Positions 9,901-18,552 of a DNA stretch of 50,394 nt are shown here, in pieces (position 1 is the first letter of the stretch; every line of letters begins with the position of its first letter). This DNA comes from Butyrivibrio sp. (GTDB lineage: Bacteria; Bacillota; Clostridia; Lachnospirales; Lachnospiraceae): positions 1 to 50,394 of the forward strand of contig JAILEJ010000175.1 in NCBI GenBank assembly GCA_024688095.1. Direction: 5' to 3'. Position numbers and translations under genes: made by a program. Below the pieces are notes generated by a model. It was not told the DNA's origin. It did no database searches and saw only the letters and a list, made by a program, of their open reading frames with translations.

Positions 9901-10789
9901 ATTTAAGACAACTGTATCTGATGATAAGAGTGAAGTTGAAAGCAAGCTATACAAGGCAGACAGTGTTTATGTATGCAAGAACAAGGTAGCAAAGCCAACA
10001 GTATTTATTCCTGTATTCCCTGGAACAAACTGTGAGTATGATAGTGCACATGCTTTTGAAAATGCTGGTGCAAATGTAGTTACAAAGATTTTCAGAAACA
10101 GAGATGCTAAGGATATTGAGGATTCAGTAAAAGAATTTAAGCAGGCTATTTCACAGGCACAGATAATAATGTTCCCAGGTGGATTCTCAGCTGGTGATGA
10201 GCCTGATGGAAGTGCTAAGTTCTTTGCAACAGCATTCCAGAATGAAGAGATTAAGAATGCAGTAAATGATCTTCTTTCAAATAGAGATGGTCTTGCACTT
10301 GGTATCTGTAATGGTTTCCAGGCTATGATCAAGCTTGGACTTGTACCTAATGGAGAAATTACAGGTCAGAACAGCATGTCACCAACTCTTACATATAATA
10401 CAATTGGAAGACATATTTCCAAGATGGCATATATCAAGGTTGTTTCAAACAAGTCACCATGGCTTGCGGGAGCAGAACTTGGTGGTGTATATACAAACCC
10501 TGCTTCTCATGGAGAAGGAAGATTTGTTGCACCTGCTGAAGTACTTCAGAGTCTGTTTGATAATGGACAGGTTGCAACTCAGTACTGTAATAATGAAGGC
10601 GCTGTTTCAATGGATGATGAATGGAATATTAATGGCTCATATATGTCTGTTGAAGGTATTACATCACCTGATGGACGTTGCCTTGGTAAGATGGCTCATT
10701 CAGAGAGAAGAGGAGATGGTGTGGCTATCAATATCTATGGAGAACAGGATCTTAAGATATTTGAGTCAGGTGTTCGCTATTTCATGTAA
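6989..10789 (+). CDS. purL: phosphoribosylformylglycinamidine synthase (large single-chain PurL)
   Basis: 1266 aa. WSDHCRH, KNETHNHPT and DFGAGG motifs; glutaminase domain with FPGTNCE, GICNGFQ and HSER. Confidence 0.97.
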   Translation: MSVRRVYVEKKAPFAGKAKELRHEIKSYLGIKSVQEVRIFIRYDVENVSDEVFEKACTTVFSEPPVDILYHENIDIPEGAKVFSIEALPGQFDQRADSAAQCIRFIKGDEDPIVKSAVTYMLIGDITEDELSKIEDYTMNPVDSRLCSLDKPETLVENYDEPEDVKVLDGFKDMPEEELRKLYDSLGLAMTFNDFKWIQNYFVSDEHRDPTMTEIRVFDTYWSDHCRHTTFGTELKDITFGEGFYKKPIEDTYNRYLISRDEVYADPDKKKEKFICLMDLALMGMKKLKADGKLTDMEKSEENNACTVVVPVEVDYGQGKVTENWLVFFKNETHNHPTEIEPFGGAATCLGGAIRDPLSGRGYVYQAMRVTGAADPTVPVSETLKGKLSQKRLVRGAASGYSSYGNQIGLATGYVKEVYHPNYVAKRMEIGAVMGAAPQEHVIRESSDPGDIIVLLGGRTGRDGCGGATGSSKAHTSSSLTTCGAEVQKGNAPTERKLQRLFRRPEVSELIKKCNDFGAGGVSVAIGELADGLDINLDLVPKKYAGLDGTELAISESQERMAVVVDPKNVDQFLEYAAEENLEAVKVAVVTEEPRLVLNWRGKKIVNVKRSFLDTNGAHQETTVKVNIPSKEDNYFDKIASKDAEKALEAGDIKAAWVSEMSDLNVCSQKGLVEMFDSSIGAGSTLMPYGGKYQLTEQQQMVAKLPVLKGKTDTVTMMAYGFDPYISSWSPYHGAVYAVTESVARIVAGGGDYKKLHFTFQEYFKRMSEDPERWSDPFTALLGSYDAQLGFGIASIGGKDSMSGTFNEINVPPTLVSFAVDIAKQSDIVTSELKKAGNKLVEFKITKDEYDLPVYEKVMELYSRIIDLMRDKTIVSAYALDSYGIAAAVSKMAFGNEKGVILESSIDAKEYFTNGMGNIVAEVDTANLGKALAAGGRVVGEVTDSFEFTYKDVKISGTELLDSWKEKLEKVFKTTVSDDKSEVESKLYKADSVYVCKNKVAKPTVFIPVFPGTNCEYDSAHAFENAGANVVTKIFRNRDAKDIEDSVKEFKQAISQAQIIMFPGGFSAGDEPDGSAKFFATAFQNEEIKNAVNDLLSNRDGLALGICNGFQAMIKLGLVPNGEITGQNSMSPTLTYNTIGRHISKMAYIKVVSNKSPWLAGAELGGVYTNPASHGEGRFVAPAEVLQSLFDNGQVATQYCNNEGAVSMDDEWNINGSYMSVEGITSPDGRCLGKMAHSERRGDGVAINIYGEQDLKIFESGVRYFM

Positions 10790-10806
10790 TAAATAATCTA
10801 ATAATA

Positions 10807-10848
10807 AAAGCCATAAAACGGGTTGCTTTCAACCGGCTTTATGGCTTT
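10807..10848 (+). terminator. hairpin between purL and carA (terminator or stabilising stem)
   Basis: AAAGCCATAAA..GGTTG-CTTT-CAACC..TTTATGGCTTT; the U tail is short. Confidence 0.5.
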
Positions 10849-10898
10849 AGATACGATTATAATAAACAATTACGCAGTATAAGATTTTGGAGGTAGGA

Positions 10899-12110
10899 AT
10901 GAGAGCGTTTTTGATACTGGAGGATGGTAGCGTTTTTGAGGGGAATCACATAGGCGCCGTAAAAGAAATTATCAGTGAAATTGTTTTCAACACATCAATG
11001 GCCGGATATACAGAAGTATTTACAGACCCTTCATATGCCGGACAGGCTGTATGTATGACATATCCTCTTATAGGTAATTATGGTGTATGTATTGACGATA
11101 TGGAATCAGACAGACCATGGTTGGATGGTGTAATTATCAGAGAGCTTTCAAAGCTTGCATCCAATTTTAGATGTGATATGACTTTACAGGATTTTCTTGT
11201 AAAATATGATGTTCCTGGAATTGAAGGAATTGATACAAGAGCGCTTGTTCGTGTTCTAAGAGAAAAAGGAACAATGAACGGAATGATTACTACTAATGAA
11301 AATTATAATTTAGATGAGATTATTCCAAAGCTTAAAGCTTATACCACTGGTAAAGTTGTAGAGAAGGTCAGCACAAAAGAGAAGATACATTTTGATGGTG
11401 TTACATCACTTGAAGAGAATGGACCGATTTCTGGAAGCGCAGTATTTAATGCTGATGACTATAAAGAAGATAAAGCAGGGGACCATACAAAGAGAGAGAA
11501 GAGACCAAGTATTGTAAAGGAGCTTAATGGCAAAGGCTTAAAGGTTGCACTTCTTGATGTTGGAGCTAAGAGAAATATTGCGGCTTCACTCGTTGCAAGA
11601 GGTTGTGAAGTAACTGTATATCCTCAGAATACTACAGCTGAGGAAATTCTTTCTGATAATCCTGATGGAATTATGCTTTCTAACGGACCTGGAGATCCAA
11701 AGGAATGTACAGGGGTTATAAAGGAAGTTAAAAAGCTTTATGACAGCAATGTTCCAATATTTGCAATTTGCCTTGGACATCAGCTTATGGCACTTGCTAC
11801 AGGAGCAGATACATTTAAGATGAAGTATGGTCATAGAGGAGGAAATCATCCTGTAAAGGATCTTAAAACAGGAAGAGTATATATTTCTTCTCAGAACCAT
11901 GGATATGTTGTAGATATGGATAATCTTGATGATAAGATTGCAGTTCCTGCTTTTGTCAATGTAAATGATGGTACTAACGAAGGACTTTCATATGTTGGCA
12001 AAAACATATTTACAGTACAGTTCCATCCTGAGGCCTGCCCTGGTCCACAGGACACAAGTTTCCTATTTGATAGATTTATTAACATGATGAGAGGTGGCAA
12101 AAATGCCTAA
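10899..12110 (+). CDS. carA: carbamoyl-phosphate synthase small subunit
   Basis: EIVFNT, TDPSYAGQ, LSNGPGDP, ICLGHQ and QFHPE motifs. ATG 10899 follows GGAGGT. Confidence 0.97.
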   Translation: MRAFLILEDGSVFEGNHIGAVKEIISEIVFNTSMAGYTEVFTDPSYAGQAVCMTYPLIGNYGVCIDDMESDRPWLDGVIIRELSKLASNFRCDMTLQDFLVKYDVPGIEGIDTRALVRVLREKGTMNGMITTNENYNLDEIIPKLKAYTTGKVVEKVSTKEKIHFDGVTSLEENGPISGSAVFNADDYKEDKAGDHTKREKRPSIVKELNGKGLKVALLDVGAKRNIAASLVARGCEVTVYPQNTTAEEILSDNPDGIMLSNGPGDPKECTGVIKEVKKLYDSNVPIFAICLGHQLMALATGADTFKMKYGHRGGNHPVKDLKTGRVYISSQNHGYVVDMDNLDDKIAVPAFVNVNDGTNEGLSYVGKNIFTVQFHPEACPGPQDTSFLFDRFINMMRGGKNA

Positions 12111-15100
12111 GAATAAAGATGTAAAAAAAGTTCTTGTTATAGGTTCCGGTCCTATTGTAATTGGACAGGCAGCAGAGTTCGACTATGCAGGTACACAGGC
12201 ATGCCGTTCTCTAAAAGAAGAGGGTGTAGAGGTTGTTCTTGTTAATTCAAACCCTGCAACCATTATGACGGATAAGGATATTGCGGATGAGGTTTATATT
12301 GAGCCTCTTACTGTAAAGGTTCTTGAACAGATAATTGAAAAAGAAAAACCTGACAGTGTACTTCCAACACTTGGAGGTCAGGCAGGACTTAATCTTGGTA
12401 TGGAGCTTGCAGAATCAGGATTTCTTGAAAAACATGGTGTAAAGCTTCTTGGTACAACAGCTGAAACTATTAAGAAGGCTGAAGATCGTCAGGAATTTAA
12501 GGATACTATGGAAAAGATTGGAGAGCCATGTGCAGCATCTCTTGTAGTACATGATCTTCAGGCGGGAATAGATTTTGCAAATAAGATTGGTTATCCTGTA
12601 GTTCTTCGACCTGCTTATACACTTGGTGGAAGTGGCGGTGGAATAGCTCATAACCAGGTTGAACTTGAAGATATTCTCGCAAATGGTCTCAGACTTTCAA
12701 GAGCTACAGAAGTTCTTGTTGAGCGTTGTATCTCAGGATGGAAAGAGATTGAATACGAAGTAATGCGTGATAGTGCAGGTAACTGTATTACAGTTTGCAA
12801 TATGGAAAATATTGATCCTGTTGGTGTACATACAGGTGACAGTATTGTAGTAGCACCATCTCAGACACTTTCAGATAAAGAGTATCAGATGCTTCGTAGT
12901 GCAGCTCTTAATATTATTGATGAACTTCAGATAACTGGTGGATGTAATGTTCAGTTTGCACTTCATCCAACAAGTTTTGAATATTGTGTAATCGAAGTTA
13001 ACCCAAGAGTTAGCCGTTCATCAGCGCTTGCTTCAAAGGCTACAGGTTACCCAATTGCCAAAGTTGCAGCTAAGATTGCTCTTGGTTATACACTTGATGA
13101 AATAAAGAATGCAATTACAGGAAAGACATTTGCCAGCTTTGAGCCTACACTTGATTACTGCGTTGTTAAGTTCCCAAGACTTCCATTTGATAAGTTTATT
13201 ACTGCAAAGAGAACACTTACAACACAGATGAAGGCTACAGGTGAAGTAATGAGTATCTGCACTAATTTTGAAGGTGCAATGATGAAAGCAATACGTTCAC
13301 TTGAACAGCATGTTGACTGTCTTACAAGTTATGATTTCAGTAATCTTTCTGATGAGGAACTGACTGAGAGACTTTATAAAGTTGATGATCAGAGAATATG
13401 GGTAATTGCAGAAGCACTCAGAAGAAATTATCCATACCAGATGATTCATCATATCACTATGATTGATGACTGGTTTATAGATAAGATCAATAATCTTGTT
13501 CAGGTAGAACTTTCACTTAAGAAGGGTGAGCTTACTGTAGAAAAACTTCTTGAAGCAAAACGTATGGAATATCCTGATAATGTAATTGCGAGACTTACAG
13601 GAAAGACTGAAGAAGAAGTTAAAAAGCTTCGTCTTGATAATAATATCACTGCTTCTTTCAAGATTGTTGATACATGTGCTGCAGAATTTGAGGCTGCAAC
13701 ACCATATTACTATTCTGTATATAATGGACCTGATTCAGAGGATGAAGCTGCACTTAGTGCAAATTCAGGTAAAAAGAAAATTCTTGTACTTGGTTCAGGA
13801 CCTATAAGAATTGGTCAGGGTATTGAATTTGACTATTGTTCAGTTCATGCAACATGGGCATTTTCAAAGGCAGGATATGAAACAATTATTATAAATAATA
13901 ACCCTGAAACTGTAAGTACTGACTTTGATATAGCTGATAAGCTTTATTTTGAGCCACTTACACCTGAGGATGTTGAAAATATCGTAAGACTTGAAAAGCC
14001 AGATGGAGCAGTTGTACAGTTTGGTGGACAGACTGCAATCAAGCTCACTCAGGATCTTATGAAAATGGGTGTAAAGATATATGGTACAGATGCAGCAGAT
14101 GTTGATGCTGCTGAGGATAGAGAACTCTTTGATAAGATTCTTGAAGAGACAGGAATTGCAAGAGCTGAGGGTGCTACTGTATATACAGCAGAAGAAGCCA
14201 AAGAAGCTGCTAACAGAATAGGTTATCCTGTTCTTGTTCGTCCTTCATATGTTCTTGGTGGACAGGGTATGCAGATAGCTATTTCTGACCAGGAAATTGA
14301 AGAATTTATGAATATCATTAATAGATATTCACAGGATCATCCGATTCTTGTAGATAAATATCTTCAGGGAACAGAAACAGAAGTTGATGCTGTTTGTGAT
14401 GGAGAGGATATCGTTATCCCGGGTATTATGGAACATATTGAACGTTCTGGTATTCACTCTGGAGATTCAATTTCAGTATATCCTGCACAGAGTCTTTCAC
14501 AGGCATGTAAGGAAAAGATTGCTGAATATACAAGAAGACTTGCAAAAGCGCTTCATGTAATTGGACTTATAAATGTTCAGTTTATTGCTGTTAAGGATGA
14601 AGTATACATTATAGAGGCAAATCCAAGATCATCACGTACAGTTCCTTATATTAGTAAGGTTACTGGTATTCCGATTGTTGATCTGGCTGCACAGGTAATG
14701 ATGGGTAAGAAGCTTAAGGAACTGGGATATACTCCGGGACTTCAACCAGAGGCTTCACATATTGCTATAAAGATGCCTGTATTCTCATTTGAGAAGATCA
14801 GAGGAGCTGAGATAAGCCTTGGACCAGAGATGAAGTCAACAGGTGAGTGTCTTGGTATTAGCACAAACTTTAATGAAGCTCTTTATAAAGCATTCCTTGG
14901 AGCTGGAATCAGCCTTCCTAAATATAAACAGATGATCATTACTGTTAAGGATGCTGATAAGGGTGAGGTTATTGAGATTGCAAGAAGATATGAGAAGCTT
15001 GGATATATAATCTATGCAACTCGTTCTACGGCTGAAACTCTTAATGAAAACGGAGTTAAGGCAAGAAGAGTCAATCGTATCAGTCAGGAATCTCCTACTG

Positions 15101-15318
15101 TTATTGACCTTATTCTTGGACATAAGATCGATCTTGTTATCGATACTCCTACGCAGGGAAGAGATAAGAGCAGAGATGGTTTCCTTATTCGTAGAACTGC
15201 TATTGAAACAGGTGTCAATGTTATCACTGCACTTGATACTGCAAGAGCTCTTGTAAGCAGTCTTGAAAATGCAAATTCAGAGGAAAATCTTGAAATCATT
15301 GATATTGCCAGAATTTGA
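12103..15318 (+). CDS. carB: carbamoyl-phosphate synthase large subunit
   Basis: GSGPIVIGQAAEFDY and its repeat GSGPIRIGQGIEFDY, two ATP-grasp domains and an MGS tail. ATG 12103 overlaps the end of carA. Confidence 0.98.
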   Translation: MPKNKDVKKVLVIGSGPIVIGQAAEFDYAGTQACRSLKEEGVEVVLVNSNPATIMTDKDIADEVYIEPLTVKVLEQIIEKEKPDSVLPTLGGQAGLNLGMELAESGFLEKHGVKLLGTTAETIKKAEDRQEFKDTMEKIGEPCAASLVVHDLQAGIDFANKIGYPVVLRPAYTLGGSGGGIAHNQVELEDILANGLRLSRATEVLVERCISGWKEIEYEVMRDSAGNCITVCNMENIDPVGVHTGDSIVVAPSQTLSDKEYQMLRSAALNIIDELQITGGCNVQFALHPTSFEYCVIEVNPRVSRSSALASKATGYPIAKVAAKIALGYTLDEIKNAITGKTFASFEPTLDYCVVKFPRLPFDKFITAKRTLTTQMKATGEVMSICTNFEGAMMKAIRSLEQHVDCLTSYDFSNLSDEELTERLYKVDDQRIWVIAEALRRNYPYQMIHHITMIDDWFIDKINNLVQVELSLKKGELTVEKLLEAKRMEYPDNVIARLTGKTEEEVKKLRLDNNITASFKIVDTCAAEFEAATPYYYSVYNGPDSEDEAALSANSGKKKILVLGSGPIRIGQGIEFDYCSVHATWAFSKAGYETIIINNNPETVSTDFDIADKLYFEPLTPEDVENIVRLEKPDGAVVQFGGQTAIKLTQDLMKMGVKIYGTDAADVDAAEDRELFDKILEETGIARAEGATVYTAEEAKEAANRIGYPVLVRPSYVLGGQGMQIAISDQEIEEFMNIINRYSQDHPILVDKYLQGTETEVDAVCDGEDIVIPGIMEHIERSGIHSGDSISVYPAQSLSQACKEKIAEYTRRLAKALHVIGLINVQFIAVKDEVYIIEANPRSSRTVPYISKVTGIPIVDLAAQVMMGKKLKELGYTPGLQPEASHIAIKMPVFSFEKIRGAEISLGPEMKSTGECLGISTNFNEALYKAFLGAGISLPKYKQMIITVKDADKGEVIEIARRYEKLGYIIYATRSTAETLNENGVKARRVNRISQESPTVIDLILGHKIDLVIDTPTQGRDKSRDGFLIRRTAIETGVNVITALDTARALVSSLENANSEENLEIIDIARI

Positions 15319-15404
15319 TTCTTAAATGTGGACAAAACAACGTTTTTTGATAGTAAATGTGGATAACACATTAGAGCTTTTATAACTATAAAGGATTTTT
15401 ATAT

Positions 15405-15818
15405 ATGAATTATTGTATTAAGCATGAAACTGATAATAGTGTAAGAGTAAGATTTGAAATGAAAAATCTTGACTTTGAGACGTCATCATTTATTGAGAGA
15501 AAACTTATGGCAGTAGATGGTGTAGATGCAGTTAAAATGTACAGAGGAGTTGGAGGAGCAACGATTTCTTTTAAGGGCAAAGGCAAAGAAAATGTATTAG
15601 AAACACTTTCTGAGATTAGTATTTCTGATATTTGTGATAAGTCTTTTGAAGAAAAAAGAAAGCCAATTACTTATAAAGAGTATCATGAAAGGGGCATTGA
15701 TAAAGAGTTTAGAAATAAGCTTAGAAAACAGATATGCCTTGAAGCTGCAGCTGATATGTTTCTTCCAGGACCTGCACAATTTGCAGTACATGCTTATGAA
15801 TTTATGAAAATCAAATAA
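15405..15818 (+). CDS. small protein resembling the N-terminal HMA-like domain of P1B-type ATPases
   Basis: IKHE..VRVR...L.AVDGV..VK.Y pattern of ferredoxin-fold HMA-like domains, without CxxC. RBS AAAGGA. Confidence 0.6.
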   Translation: MNYCIKHETDNSVRVRFEMKNLDFETSSFIERKLMAVDGVDAVKMYRGVGGATISFKGKGKENVLETLSEISISDICDKSFEEKRKPITYKEYHERGIDKEFRNKLRKQICLEAAADMFLPGPAQFAVHAYEFMKIK

Positions 15819-15834
15819 ATTATAATGTCCGTAG

Positions 15835-15899
15835 ATAAGGCTCTGTCATTTGAATTTATTTCAGTTTATGAAATGATAATTCAGATGGCAGAGCTTTAT
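15835..15899 (+). repeat. long 65-nt inverted repeat (RNA hairpin or terminator)
   Basis: 22-bp outer stem ATAAGGCTCTGTCATTTGAATT / AATTCAGATGGCAGAGCTTTAT plus inner stem TATTTCA/TGAAATG. Confidence 0.8.
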
Positions 15900-16009
15900 T
15901 TGACACAGGATATAAAGATAAGTAAAATTTTAAGGAAAACGTAAACATATTTTTGTTCAAAGAAATTAAAATTATAGATAATATTATAAAGATAGAAATG
16001 GATATATAA

Positions 16010-16720
16010 ATGTCATCAAAAGGTAATTATGCAAAACAGCTTGAACAGCTTATAGATGATTTTAAAGTCAGAGGAGAGCATCCGAGAATATTACTGCATG
16101 CCTGTTGCGCTCCATGTTCTTCATACTGCCTTGAATATTTAAGAGAGTATTTTGATATAACATTATTTTATTACAACCCTAATATTACAATGGCAGATGA
16201 ATATCATAAGAGAGTAGCGGAAGCTGAAAGGCTTATAGGTGAATATAACAGACAGGTAGAAGAACAGGATTTTGAGGGAATGAATTCAGATGAAAACGCC
16301 AGGATGATTGAACTTCTTGAAGGAATATATAATCCATCAGATTATATAAATGCAATTAAAGGACTCGAGTCATGCCCTGAAGGTGGTGAAAGATGCACAA
16401 AATGTTTTGAATTAAGGCTTGAGGAGTCTGCTCGGATTGCAAAAGAAAAGGGTTATGACTATTTTACTACTACGCTTACCATTAGTCCGATGAAAGATGC
16501 TGACAGACTAAATTTAATTGGACAGAAAATGGGAGAAAAATATGGTGTAAAATTTCTTCCATCAGATTTTAAAAAGAAAAATGGATATAAGCGTTCGATA
16601 GAACTTTCTCATAAATTTGGCTTATATAGGCAGGATTTTTGTGGTTGTGCTTTCTCAAAGGCAGAGAGAGAAAAACAAAAGCAGGAAAAACAATTGGAAG
16701 AACAGTTAAAACAAAATTGA
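16010..16720 (+). CDS. queH: epoxyqueuosine reductase QueH
   Basis: LLHACCAPCS, FYYNPNI, RCTKCF and YRQDFCGC motifs of the DUF208/QueH family. Confidence 0.92.
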   Translation: MSSKGNYAKQLEQLIDDFKVRGEHPRILLHACCAPCSSYCLEYLREYFDITLFYYNPNITMADEYHKRVAEAERLIGEYNRQVEEQDFEGMNSDENARMIELLEGIYNPSDYINAIKGLESCPEGGERCTKCFELRLEESARIAKEKGYDYFTTTLTISPMKDADRLNLIGQKMGEKYGVKFLPSDFKKKNGYKRSIELSHKFGLYRQDFCGCAFSKAEREKQKQEKQLEEQLKQN

Positions 16721-16767
16721 TTTTTAAATATTAGTTATATAAATAAAAATCCAGAGAGGACTTAAAT

Positions 16768-17235
16768 ATGAATATCAGAAAAGTAATGGACAAAGATTTA
16801 GAAAAAGTAAAGGATTTGCTGGATCAGGTTAATCTCGTACATCATAATGGAAGACCTGATATATTTAATATTGGAAGAAAATATTCAGATGCAGAACTTC
16901 TTGAACTTTTTAAAAATGAAGAAAGACCAATATTTGTTGCAACAGATGATGATGACAAGGTTATGGGATATGCTTTTTGTATTTCTCAACAACATCTAAA
17001 TGATAATATGCTTACTGATATAAAAACTCTTTATATTGATGATCTTTGCGTAGATGAAAAGATTAGAGGACAGCATATTGGAAGAAGTTTATATGACTAT
17101 GTCCTTTCATATGCAAGAGAAAATGGCTATTATAATGTTACATTAAATGTATGGGAACTTAATCAGAGTGCCAAAAAGTTTTATGAGAGTCTTGGAATGA
17201 AGGTTCTTAAGACTGGAATGGAAACAATTTGCTGA
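16768..17235 (+). CDS. GNAT-family N-acetyltransferase
   Basis: IDDLCVDEKIRGQHIGRSL acetyl-CoA motif A and NQSAKKFYESLG. Confidence 0.92.
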   Translation: MNIRKVMDKDLEKVKDLLDQVNLVHHNGRPDIFNIGRKYSDAELLELFKNEERPIFVATDDDDKVMGYAFCISQQHLNDNMLTDIKTLYIDDLCVDEKIRGQHIGRSLYDYVLSYARENGYYNVTLNVWELNQSAKKFYESLGMKVLKTGMETIC

Positions 17236-17267
17236 TTTTTTTATTGGTTATATGGGGAGGAAAGTAA

Positions 17268-18473
17268 ATGAATAACGGAAAGTATATAATAAAAAAGGTT
17301 TGTTTGATAATCAGCCTTATATTAATGGTTGGAACGATGCCGCATAGTTTTTATTCAAAGGCGTCATATACCACTAATAAAACAGAGATCGCAGCAAACT
17401 GGTTTAAGACAGAGTATGGAACTAATGTATTCTATGAATATAAAGGTACAGAAACTGATGTATCAATTCCTGCAGAAATTACATCTCTTGATTATGTAAG
17501 CTTTTCAACAGCTAATGATACAATTCAGGTTCTTCGCATACCTGCAACTTTAAAATATATTGGAACGTCAGGCTTATACAGCATGGATAATCTTAGATAT
17601 GTTGTTTTTGAAGGTAGTGATACTACGTTTGATGATTTTGCTATATATGATTGCGATAATCTTACAAATTTTGTTGGACCATCTGGTTCTAACGCTGAAA
17701 AATATGCTGAGACTTTTGGTATAAAATTTGTTACTACAGAGAATACTCAGTTTTATAAACCTAAGGTTTCACTACTTAAGGGAGATACATTTACAAATGT
17801 TTTACTTAATAATCTATCAGACGTAACTTCCATAACAAGTAGTAAACCTTCAGTTGTGCAGGTGAAAAATTCTGATGGACAGATAAAAGCTAAAAAGGCA
17901 GGTAAGGCAGTGGTAACTGTTACAACATCAGATGGAAACAGTTATAAATACACTGTAAAAATATCTGAAGCAACAGTAGATAACAGAGTAGCTCAGATTA
18001 AGAAAATGAAGTTTTCAAAAGGAATGACCAGGCTTGAAAAGGCCAAAGAAGCTCATAACTGGCTTATAGAAAATGTTTGTTATGATTATAAAAATTATCA
18101 AAAGGGAACTATTCCAAGAATTTCATATACTGCTGAAGGAGCCCTTTTAAAACATAAAAGTGTGTGTCAGGGATATGCACTTGCTTATAAAAAGCTAATG
18201 GACGCCTATGGAATTCCATGTGTGATGGTTGTTGGAACCGGAAATGGAGGAGGTCATGCCTGGAATATGGTACAGCTTGGAAAACAATGGTATCATGTAG
18301 ATGTTACCTGGGATGATCCTATAGTAAATGGTAGTAATAAAAATACATCAATTAACTATAATTATTTCCTTAAGTCATCAAAATATATGACTAAAAATCA
18401 TAGATTTGATAAGTCTGCTTATCCAAAATGTAAGAGTAGAAAATATGATAATGCAACAGCAAGTTCTTTTTAA
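17268..18473 (+). CDS. secreted protein with BspA-like LRR, Ig-like and transglutaminase-like domains
   Basis: Signal peptide, IPATLKYIG-type LRRs, SSKPSVVQV...G.IKAKKAGKAVVTV Ig-like group 2 repeat, and a catalytic triad in VCQGYA / HAWN / VDVTWDD. Confidence 0.85.
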   Translation: MNNGKYIIKKVCLIISLILMVGTMPHSFYSKASYTTNKTEIAANWFKTEYGTNVFYEYKGTETDVSIPAEITSLDYVSFSTANDTIQVLRIPATLKYIGTSGLYSMDNLRYVVFEGSDTTFDDFAIYDCDNLTNFVGPSGSNAEKYAETFGIKFVTTENTQFYKPKVSLLKGDTFTNVLLNNLSDVTSITSSKPSVVQVKNSDGQIKAKKAGKAVVTVTTSDGNSYKYTVKISEATVDNRVAQIKKMKFSKGMTRLEKAKEAHNWLIENVCYDYKNYQKGTIPRISYTAEGALLKHKSVCQGYALAYKKLMDAYGIPCVMVVGTGNGGGHAWNMVQLGKQWYHVDVTWDDPIVNGSNKNTSINYNYFLKSSKYMTKNHRFDKSAYPKCKSRKYDNATASSF

Positions 18474-18483
18474 GTGGTTCTTG

Positions 18484-18512
18484 TTGCAAAAACAAATAAT
18501 CTTTTGTAAACT
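18484..18512 (+). promoter_or_regulatory. putative sigma-A promoter of argS
   Basis: TTGCAA-17 bp-TAAACT. Confidence 0.55.
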
Positions 18513-18552
18513 GATTTAAGTTTGTATGTGATAATAAATGTGAGGTTATATC

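Noticed and set aside
6989-15371. Many 60-155 aa overlapping or antisense ORFs inside purL and carAB (and likewise within argS, cysS, sigH and others)
   Set aside because: These are shadow ORFs of strongly codon-biased genes, with no RBS or recognisable motifs.
18474-18552. T-box leader before argS (also checked before cysS)
   Set aside because: The intergenic regions are too short and contain no GGTGGNACCGCG motif.
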